A stretch of DNA of 20,830 bases from Octopus sinensis (taxonomy: Eukaryota). Of this stretch, positions 8,775-17,002 are shown one piece after another. The stretch is taken from assembly GCF_006345805.1 (NCBI RefSeq), contig NW_021823916.1:1-20830 (forward strand), given 5' to 3'. Positions within the stretch are counted from its first letter, which is position 1. Every line of letters starts with the position of its first letter. Both the position numbers and the translations under genes were made by a program. The notes beneath the pieces are model-generated. The model did not search any database, was not told where the DNA came from, and worked only from the letters and a program-made list of their open reading frames with translations.

Positions 8775-9258
8775 AATGACCTGTAAGTGGACATCCATTA
8801 TGCTAGAAAAAGATCCGTTATGGTCTTACCACTAAGAAAGGAATGTTTTCAAGAAAATTTAGCAAACGCCAGAACATAAGTGAGCAAGACAAATGAAAAG
8901 ATACAAAACATACAGATTAATCACAAACCAGTTTCGTTGTTAATGCTTACATAATCATTTATGTAATTATCTGCAACTCATCAGTGTGATTGTCTTTGCA
9001 AATATAATTTGCAGAACTATACACAAGACGTCCACACGAGATTGAACATGTATACAGTTCTGTATACATTTTCAATCTCATGTAAATGAATTAACAACGA
9101 AACCGGGTTTGTGATTAATCTATATTTTATATCTTTTCATTTATCTTGCTTGGTTACGTTCTGGTGTTTGCTAAATTTTCTTGAGAACATTCCTTCCTTA
9201 GTGGTAAGACCATAGCAGATCTTCTTCTAGCGTAATGGATGCCTACTTACAGGTCATT
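8775..9258. mobile_element. Long fold-back element with hammerhead (element 3, Penelope pLTR-like)
   Basis: ~170-bp arms 8775-8944 and 9090-9258 are reverse complements. The spacer holds hairpins at 8948-8967, 8997-9013 and 9034-9083. Confidence 0.7.
8919..8991 (-). ncRNA. Type I hammerhead ribozyme, apparently intact
   Basis: Helix I aatcaca/tgtgatt (7 bp perfect); CUGAUGA (8984-8978); helix II gttg/caac with a 34-nt insert; GAAA (8935-8932); helix III AC-ug-GU (near-palindrome ACUGGU); GUU cleavage between 8926 and 8925. Confidence 0.85.
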
Positions 9259-9267
9259 AATTTTATT

Positions 9268-10052
9268 AACCCATTTCTTAGGACTGACTGACCCATGTTC
9301 GACTGCCATTGGCACAGAAACCTTCTCCACTTCGGTCTTCGAAGGTCTCGTTCGAATATTTGCTACTACCACTGAGATCTGTACTCACGGTCGACTTCAC
9401 CTGGGCTCGCACCTGCGGCTTCCATGCATGCTGTGGCAGCCTCCTACTTGACCAGGCATCAAAAAGTCACCTAGCTGGCAATCACGCAAACTGTCACCCA
9501 GCCTATTTCGCCCGTTCTGAGTTCAAGAGTAGATCGAGGCCGTCAACGTCCCCAGGGCCTCCAGTTGTTTGCTTTACTGGATGGAATTGTGTGTCATTCT
9601 CCTGCTGGTGCCAGCTATCCTGAGAGAAACTTCAGGGGGAAATAGCTACTAGATGGTTTGATTGGTCTTTCGCCCCTAAACCTGGTTCCAATAATCAATT
9701 TGCAGGTCAAAGGTGCTTTGGACTTCTACCAGAGTTTTTATCTGGCTTCGTCCCAACCGGGCATGGATTGCCATCTTTCGGGTGCCTGGCCGAAGTTGAA
9801 GCAGGAACACAATGACACATGGAAACGTGGTCGTGAATGCACGGACCCGACCTGGGAACGATGCTTCGAGGAAGCACGTGCGCCACGTGCACTTCGACGA
9901 TAGTGCCCAGAGGCACTGGCACCAGCGATGCAAGCGACAATGTCTCCCATTCTTGCTTTCGCTGTACCATTGCAGTTTGTGGAGTGAAAGGCTCCAACAA
10001 CTCACAGCTGACTGGATCTCTTAAGTACGTGTTACAAGACAGGATGGGTAGG
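9268..10052 (-). rRNA. 28S rRNA-derived fragment (pseudogene), end of D2 to start of D7a, with internal deletion
   Basis: Reverse complements of conserved LSU blocks: cttaggactgactgacccatgttc, ccttctccacttcgg, gaatatttgctactaccac, gccagctatcctgag.gaaacttc, agctactagatggtt.gatt.gtctttcgcccct, ccatctttcggg, cgtgttacaagac.gg. Many substitutions, and a block is missing near 9480. Confidence 0.92.
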
Positions 10053-10140
10053 TTGTCCAAGGTGTCACACAGTGGGACTGAACCCGGAACCATGTGGTTG
10101 ATAAGCAAGCTAGTTACCACACAGCCACTCCTGCGCCTAT
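10053..10140 (-). mobile_element. CORE-type SINE head fragment
   Basis: Reverse complement of ataggcgcaggagtggctgtgtggtaa...ggttcagtcccactgtgtgacaccttggacaa. Confidence 0.9.
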
Positions 10141-10329
10141 ATAGTTGTTTATATAGTATTTAGGAGTAGTGAAGGGTTGTTAAGGGATATTTGGTTAGTG
10201 TTTATATGTTGTTTTTCTGGTGTTTATGAGTGTCTGGGTAGAGTTTACATAATGTTTAGGGAGGGTTAACGGTGTTTGGAGGACATTTAAAACTGAGTTC
10301 ATGTGGTGTTTAGGTGATATGTACCCTAT

Positions 10330-10794
10330 GTGGCTGTGTGGTAAGTAGCTTGTTTACCAACCACATGGTTCTGGGTTTAGTCTCACTGCGTGGACCTTGG
10401 GCAAGTGTCTTCTACTATAGCCTCAGGCCGACCAAAGCCTTGTGAGTGGATTTGGTAGACGGAAACTGAAAGAAGCCCATCGTATATTTGTATATATATA
10501 TGTATGTGTGTGTATATATGTATATGTGTGTTTGTGTGTTTGTGTTTGTCTCCTCCAGCATTGCTTGACAACTGATGCTTGTGTGTTTACTTCCCCATAA
10601 CTTAGCGGTTCAGCAAAACAGACCAATAGAATAAGTACTAGTCCCCGTAACTTAGCAGTTCGGCAAAAGAGACCAGTAGAATAAGTAGTAGGCTTACAAA
10701 GAATAAGTCCTGGGGTTGATTTGCTCGACTAAAAGCGGTGCTCCAGCATGGCCACAGTCAAATGACTGAAACAAGTAAAAGAGTAAAGAGTAAG
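10330..10794 (+). mobile_element. CORE-type SINE, full length with internal 50-bp tandem duplication
   Basis: Complete from head to tail; 10592-10641 is repeated at 10642-10691. Confidence 0.9.
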
Positions 10795-10865
10795 AGAGAG
10801 CTGTTTAAGTGGTGTTATATTGTGCTTAGAATGTTTTAGACTGTATTTTAGGGGCTGTTTTCAGC

Positions 10866-10969
10866 GCGTGTGTGTGTGTGTATTCGTGTGCATGTGTGCA
10901 TGCAAGTCTGTGTACCTATATGCGTGAGCTTGTGCATGTGTGTGCATGGGCAAGTCTGTGTACCTATAA

Positions 10970-11001
<32 letters not shown>

Positions 11002-11467
11002 GCATGTGTATATGTACAGGCTAGTCTGTGTACCTATATGTGTGGGTGTGAGCATGTGTATGTGTGCTCACGCAAGTATGTGTACCTATGTATGTGTGTG
11101 TTTGTGTGTATGTGTGTGTGTATGTGTGGGTGCATGCATAAGTCTGTATACCTGTGTGTGTGTGTGGATGTGTATTTGTGTGTGTGTGGATGTGTATTTG
11201 TGTGCGTGCGTGCATGCAAGTTTGTGTACCTATATGTGTGAGCATGTGCATGTGTGTGCATTGCAGGTCTGTGTACCGATAAGTGTGTGTGTGTGTGTGT
11301 GTGTCTGCATGTGTATGTGTACAGGCTAGTCTGTGTTCCGTATGTGTGAGTGTGTGCATGTGTGTGTGTTCACACAAGTCTGTGCAAGTATGTGTGTGTG
11401 TGTGTGTGTGTGTGTGCATGCATGTGTGTGTGAGTGCATGTGTGTGTGTTCACGCAAGTCTGTGCAA

Positions 11468-11500
<33 letters not shown>

Positions 11501-11715
11501 TGCATGTGTGTGTGAGTGCATGTGTGTGTGTTCACGCAAGTCTGTGCAAGTATGTGTGTGTGTGCATGCATGTGTGAGTGTGTGCATGTGTGTGTGTTCA
11601 TGCAAGTCTGTGCAAGTATGTGTGTGCATGTGTGTGCATGTGCAGGTCTGTGTACCTATAAGTGTGTGTGTGTGTGTGTGTGTGTATGCGCGTGTGTGTG
11701 TGAGTGCATGTGAGT
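10866..11715. repeat. TG-rich compound minisatellite
   Basis: (TG)n background with about 13 copies of caagtctgtg-like anchors. Explains the Cys/Val and His/Thr ORFs. Confidence 0.95.
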
Positions 11716-11719
11716 ATGA

Positions 11720-11950
11720 CCATGGCCTGCAGGATCCTCATAGCCAGCTTCGAGGACCAAAGAAGCAGATCAAAGACCAGCAGGAAACTACTTAGAAGAG
11801 ACATAACAGTAATTCTTCAAGAGTGGCTGGCGTTACTACTAACCATTCCCTTAAGCATTCTCACAGACGACTGGAGACTGCAGATATGGAGGAGAAATGC
11901 TCTCAGCACCACAAGGAAACAAGGAATGCAAGAAGGGAAGCAAGAATGCC
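11720..11950 (+). mobile_element. RTE (BovB-like) LINE ORF2 C-terminal relic
   Basis: Frame reading [38 protein letters not shown]...EEKCSQHHKETRNARR resembles the RTE G.PKKR(Y/F)KDQLK.TLK.C.I...WE..A.NR..WR C-terminus. Confidence 0.6.
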
Positions 11951-12158
11951 TGTTAATACATAGAATTTTCAAGCAAACATTTACCAAAGTTATACATCAA
12001 AAACTGGGATTTGCAGTCATCAAAGAATCCACATTCTACAATTTATTTATAATATTTAAATTTTTAGTGTTTGATCCAGCCATGTCCACCCAAAATGTTC
12101 AACCAGTTTTATTTTCAAACCAACCATATCATACCTCTCACAACTACCCTGCAATGCT

Positions 12159-12550
12159 ATAGGAGTGGCTGTGTGGTAAGTAGCTTGTGAACCACATAGT
12201 TCCGGGTTCAGTCCCACTGCATGGCACCTTGGGCAAATGTCTTCTACTATAGCCTCAGGCCGATCACAGCCTTGTGAGTGGATTTGGTAGATAGAAACTG
12301 AAAGAAGCCCATCGTATATATGTATATATATGTATGTATGTGTGTGTATATGTTTGTGTGTCTGTATTTGTCCCCCCAACATCGCTTGACAACTGTTGCT
12401 GGTGTGTTTACATCCCCATAACTTAGCAGTTCGGCAAAAGAGACAGATAGAATAAGTACTAGGCTTATGAAGAATAAGTCCTGGGGTCAGTTTGTGTGAC
12501 TAAAGGCAGTGCTCCAGCATGGCCGCTGTCAAATGACTGAAACAAGTAAA
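12159..12550 (+). mobile_element. CORE-type SINE, full length
   Basis: Runs from head ataggagtggctgtgtgg to tail gactgaaacaagtaaa. Confidence 0.9.
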
Positions 12551-12553
12551 GGA

Positions 12554-12862
12554 GGCGTAGGCGTGGCTGTGTGGTAAGTAGCTTGTAAGGCGGCGAGCTG
12601 GCAGAATCGTTAGCACGTCGGGCGAAATGCTTAGCGGTATTTCGTCTGCCGTTACGTTCTGAGTTCAAATTCCGCCGAGGTCGACTTTGCCTTTCATCCT
12701 TTCGGGGATCGATAAATTAAGTACCAGTAAAGCACTGGGGTCGATATAATCGACTTAATACCTATGTCTGTCCATGTTTGTCCCCTCTATGTTTAGCCCC
12801 TTGTGGGTAATAAAGAAATAGGTAAGTAGCTTGTTTCCTAACCACATAGTTCTGGGTTCAGA
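12554..12862 (+). mobile_element. CORE-type SINE head interrupted by a second SINE
   Basis: Head at 12554-12586 resumes at 12835; a 14-bp TSD ggtaagtagcttgt lies at 12573-12586 and 12821-12834. Confidence 0.85.
12587..12820 (+). mobile_element. Second tRNA SINE family (Meta-domain-like, octopus OK-like), young full copy
   Basis: aaggcggcgagctggcagaatcg head, B-box gagttcaaattcc, central gtcgactttgcctttcatcctttcggggatcgataaattaagtacc, and a 14-bp TSD. Confidence 0.88.
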
Positions 12863-13039
12863 ACTATGTTTCCTAAAAGAGCAATGTTCTTGGGTAAGCA
12901 GCAATCGGCAGGCATTACTTGTTGCCCTCATTTCTCATCAATTTCATTCGTCATTTCATATAACATTACATCTATGTCCAGCCCGTGGCTTCCCTTCTAT
13001 GTAAGGCCTTTATGGCCAATATATTGAATATAAGAAGGT

Positions 13040-13392
13040 TGTTTCCTAACCACATAGTTATGGGTTCAGTCCCACTGCATAGCACTTTGGGCAAATGTCT
13101 TCTCCAATAGCCTCAGGCCAACCAAAGCCTTGTGAATGGATAATTTGGTTGAAGGAAACTGTAAAAAATTTGTCTATGTGTGTGTGTCTTTGTCTCTGTT
13201 TTTGTCCCCCCAACATCACTGCTTGACAATTGGTGTTGGTATATTTATGTCCCCTGGTTTGGCAAAAGAGACTGGTAGAATAAGTACTAGGCTTCAAAAA
13301 GTCCTGAGATCGGTTGGTTAGACTAAAAACACTCGAGATGATGCTCCAGCATGGCCACAGTCAAGTGACTGAAACAAGTAAAAGAATAACAA
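13040..13392 (+). mobile_element. CORE-type SINE lacking the first ~35 nt
   Basis: Runs from tgtttcctaaccacatag to the tail gactgaaacaagtaaaagaataa. Confidence 0.88.
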
Positions 13393-13406
13393 AAGAAGGT
13401 CACCAA

Positions 13407-13831
13407 CATAGGCACAGGAGTGGCTGTGTGGTAAGTAGCTTGCTTACGAACCACATGGTTCCAGGTTGAGTCCCACTGCATGGCACCTTGGGCAAGTGTC
13501 TTCTACTATAGCCTCGGGCCAACCAAAGCCTTGTGAGTGGATTTGATAGACAGAAACTGGAAGAAGTCCATCATATATATGTATATATATATATATCTAT
13601 ATGTATGTGTGTGTATGTATTTGTGTTTCTGTGTTTATTCCCCCAACATCCCTTGACAACCGATGATGGTGTGTTTACATCCCCGTTACTTAGTGGTTCA
13701 GCAAAAGAGACCGATAGAATAAGTACTAGGCTTACAAAGAATAAGTCCCGGGGTCGATTTGCTTGACTAAAGGTGGTGCTCCAGCATGGTCACATTCAAA
13801 TGACTGAAACAAGTAAAAGAGTAAGAGTAAA
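13407..13831 (+). mobile_element. CORE-type SINE, full length
   Basis: Runs from cataggcacaggagtggctgtgtgg to aagtaaaagagtaagagtaa. Confidence 0.9.
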
Positions 13832-14048
13832 ATCTTGAAGCTACAAGGTAACGCATGATTAATTCAAAGCAATAAGACTGTCATACAAGCATTGCATTTG
13901 AGAGAGTAATCCGAAAGATAAAGGATTAAATACAAAGAAATAGAGGAAAAAATAAGGAGATAAGAAAGGGCAAGAAAGAAATGGAAGAAAAGGTGGGGAG
14001 GGGCATAAAGAAGCAGATGGCAGGGGAGGAGGCAATGAGCCACATACC

Positions 14049-14274
14049 TATTTCCTTATTGCCCAGAAGGGGCTAAACACAGAGGGGACAAACAAGGACA
14101 GACATAGGTATTAAGTCGATTACATCGACCCCAGTGCGTAACTGGTACTTAATTTATCGACCCCGAAAGGATGAAAGGCAAAGTCAATCTTGGTCAAATT
14201 TGAACTCACAACGTAACGCAGACGAAATACCACTAAGCATTTTGCCCGGCGTGCTAACGTTTCTGCCAGTTCGC
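14049..14274 (-). mobile_element. Second tRNA SINE family copy
   Basis: Reverse complement of the 12587-12820 family; the flanking repeat gagccacatacc lies at 14037-14048 and 14287-14298. Confidence 0.88.
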
Positions 14275-14309
14275 TAAATACCCCAGGAGCCACATACCCC
14301 AGGAGAGAT

Positions 14310-14815
14310 GGTCTGCTCAGCTGCACTCTGCAGTAATGACCATGATGGCGTTGCTGTGGAGAATGGGCAATGACACTTCCTGTAGAAGCCACTCTGCCTT
14401 GCAGGGCTTGTTTCTTTGACAGGGCCACTATTATCCCTATTTTGCGAAGGAAATCGGTTGTATGGGGGCCTACAACATCTGATGTCATGATAGCAACTGG
14501 CACAAACAGAGAGAAGGCAGCAAGCTGGCAGACACGTTAGCATGCCGGGCAAAATGCTTAGCAGTATTTCGTCTGCCGCTACATTCTGAGTTCAAATTCC
14601 GCCGAGGTCGACTTTGCCTTTCATCCTTTTGGGGTCGATAAATTGAGTACCAGTTACGCACTGGGGTCGATGTGATTGACTTAATCCATTTGTCAGTCCT
14701 TGTTTGTGGCCTCTATGTTTAGCCCCTTGTGGGCAATAAAGAAATAACAAACAGAGAGAAGCCAGCAGGGCTCCTTTTTTATATTGATTTCTCTTCCACA
14801 TTAAGGTCATCATGG
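14310..14815 (-). mobile_element. CRE-clade-like non-LTR retrotransposon, C-terminal restriction-like endonuclease relic
   Basis: Removing the SINE and one TSD copy gives NVEEKSI*KRSPAGFSLFVPVAIMTSDVVGPHTTDFLRKIG.. and, after a frameshift, KAEWLLQEVSLPILHSNAIMVITA. This matches the P(F/V)A(V/I)ET.G..G....FL..LG...QR.S.AI.RGNA signature. Confidence 0.6.
14516..14746 (+). mobile_element. Second tRNA SINE family copy
   Basis: Full copy with a perfect 14-bp TSD acaaacagagagaa (14502-14515 / 14747-14760). Confidence 0.92.
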
Positions 14816-14854
14816 AATTTTGATGGACAAACAAAAGCAAATTGGTTCTCATCT

Positions 14855-14930
14855 TGATATTATTGTTTAACATCCACTTTTCTTTGCTTGCAAGGAGCAG
14901 ACAGAATTTGTTGAGATGGATTTTCTATGA
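14855..14930 (-). mobile_element. RTE-type 3' tail fragment
   Basis: gtttaacatccacttttctttgcttgca resembles the tail ends at 4185 and 8375. Confidence 0.45.
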
Positions 14931-14937
14931 CGTTTCT

Positions 14938-15062
14938 TCTTACCACACAGCCATGCCTGCACCTATATATATATATATATATATATATGTGGCAGTGTGG
15001 TAAGTAGCTTGCTTCCCAACTACATGGTTTCAGGTTCAGTCCCACTGCGTGGCATCTTGGAA
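14938..15062. mobile_element. Two CORE-type SINE head fragments, head-to-head around (TA)n
   Basis: Minus head at 14938-14968; plus head at 14988-15062, ending at gcatcttggaa. Confidence 0.75.
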
Positions 15063-15330
15063 CTAGGTAAATAAAGCCTTCGAACTGGGACGATCAGTAG
15101 CGACACCTGCAAGTCTGACTACGCTGCATTGATAAGGGGCAACACACCAACATGCTGTCTAGCTGTCTGACTGGCAGGATGAAGCGGCTGACCTCCCTTG
15201 TTCGAAGGTTTGTAATGGACGCAGGTTCGTGTGTCAAATAGCTAGCTTGAGGCGGTGGCCTCTTGGAGCTAATCAGCGACAGCTTTAGTCTTATATTTAT
15301 AAGACTGCCATATTAGTATGGCGATAACTA

Positions 15331-15373
<43 letters not shown>

Positions 15374-15595
15374 GTAAATAATTATTAATTTGAAATTAAT
15401 AAATTTTACCAAGTAGTTTCGGTATGGAAAGAGAACCATTATCTGTAGGAACTTTTACAAAAAGTTTTTTTATGTATAAATATAATTAAGGGTTAAGCAA
15501 CAAATTGCTTAACCACATACCAAAAATTTAGAAATAGCAGCCAAAGACAGCTTATTCCTTTTTACTACAGGTATTACTCTGGAGTAATATCTGTT
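15063..15595. mobile_element. Hairpin-rich repeat relic, possibly Penelope-related
   Basis: Five short hairpins, an internal (TA)n run, and a hammerhead-like 3' half on the minus strand (15405-15450). Confidence 0.35.
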
Positions 15596-15910
15596 GCTAC
15601 ATTGTTATTGTTGTTGTTGTTGTTGTTGTTGTCAACATTGTTGTTATTGTTGTTGTAGCTCTCCTGCAACTATTCCATGTGGTGTTTTACCATATTCTCA
15701 AGAACGGCATGAAGAACTGAAGAGCTATTAAAGAAATTGGTCTTATCAGCACAAAAAAAAGGAAACAATAAAAACAGAGAGAATCCACTAATTATGTAAC
15801 GAGGTAGGCCTTCTACCTTAACAACTAACGATGCAATGATTATAAAATTTAGTAGGTGGGGAGGCGGGACATTAAGTAATTAATCTTGATAACAGTCTGA
15901 GAGTAATGAT

Positions 15911-17000
15911 ATGGGTGTATGTGTGTGTGTGAATGTTAGTTTGTGTGTGTCTGTATCTGTATGTGTGTGCGTGTGTGTAAGTGTATGTGAATGCACATGT
16001 GTGTGTATATGTGAGTGGGTTTCTCTATCCGTATGTGTGTGTTGTGTATGCTTGTGTGTGTTTATGTGCATTTTATGTGTGTGTTTGTGTGCATTTTTAT
16101 GTGTGTGTATGTGCATTTTTATGTGTGTGTTTGTGTGCATTTTTATGTGTGTACGTGTGCATATGAATGCACATCTGTGTGTGTGTATATATGTGAGTTT
16201 GTATGTGTTTGTGTCCATATGTGTGTGTGTGTGTGTATGTGTGTGCCTGTGAGCTTCTGTGCATGTTTATGTATGTATGTGTGTTTGTGTGTATGTGTTT
16301 TTATGTGTGTGTGTGTGTACATATGTATGTGTATAAGTGTCTGCATGTGTGTGTGTGTGAGTTTGTATGTGTCTGTGTCCATATGCGTGTGTATGTGTGT
16401 GCTCATGTGTGCTTCTGTGTACGTGTTTTTATGTGTGTGTATGTGTATGTGTGTGCGCATGTCTTCATGTGAGTGTATATATGTGTATATGTGAGTATGT
16501 GTGTGTGCATCTCTTCATGTAAGTATATATATATGTGTATATACGAGTATGTGTGTGTGCATATATGTGTATAAGTGTCTGCATGTGTATGTATGTGTAA
16601 ATGTGAGTTTGTGTGTATATGTTTATGTGTATGTGTCAATAGTTCTGTGAGTGTGTGTGCCAATATGTTTGTCAGTATTGTGTGTGTGTGTGTGTGTGTA
16701 TGCATCAATGTGTGTATGTGCACATATGCATATGTGCGTTTGTGAGAGAATGTGTGAGCATATCATGTGTATGCATGTGTGTTTGTGTATGTGTATGTGG
16801 GTGTATGTTACTGTGAATGGTTGCGTGCTTGTATGTGTTTATGCGTTTATGTGTGCAAGGGTATGTTTGCACATATGTATGTGCATCTGTATGCATGTAA
16901 GCTTGTGTGCATTGTATGTGTGCACATCATTTGATGTGAGTGTATATGCATGTGTGTATACATGTGTCTTTGAATTTATATGGGTTTATGTGTGTGAGTC
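15911..17000. repeat. TG-rich cryptic simple-sequence tract
   Basis: More than 1 kb of degenerate (TG)n with local repeats such as gtgcatttttatgtgtgt (x3, 16065-16150). Confidence 0.95.
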
Positions 17001-17002
17001 TA

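Larger units (their letters stand above)
12056..13929. mobile_element. TTAA-flanked MITE halves (12056-12158 and 13828-13929) separated by a SINE stack
   Basis: Left TTAA-atttttag.. and right ..ataaagga-TTAA are decayed inverted ends. The two halves match consecutive parts of an octopus repeat as I recall it (unverified). Confidence 0.45.

Noticed and set aside
9268-10052. Functional rDNA unit
   Set aside because: Isolated fragment with a large core deletion, many substitutions, and no 18S, 5.8S or ITS context.
10861-11804. Cys/Val- and His/Thr-rich ORFs
   Set aside because: Products of the TG minisatellite on both strands.
11704-12162. 152-aa complex-looking ORF as a real gene
   Set aside because: It starts in microsatellite, overlaps an RTE relic whose protein similarity is in another frame, and ends in a MITE/SINE.
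12161-12235. tRNA genes at SINE heads
   Set aside because: A- and B-box-like motifs are present, but no cloverleaf closes and each head continues into SINE body.
14300-14497. Minus-strand exon (ttctctctgtttgtgccag acceptor, gtatgt donor, two open frames)
   Set aside because: Better explained as a frameshifted CRE-like endonuclease relic; exonisation is not excluded but is unsupported.
15715-15745. CUGAAGA...GAAA-uugGUC as a hammerhead
   Set aside because: No helix II pairing and only 2 bp of helix I.
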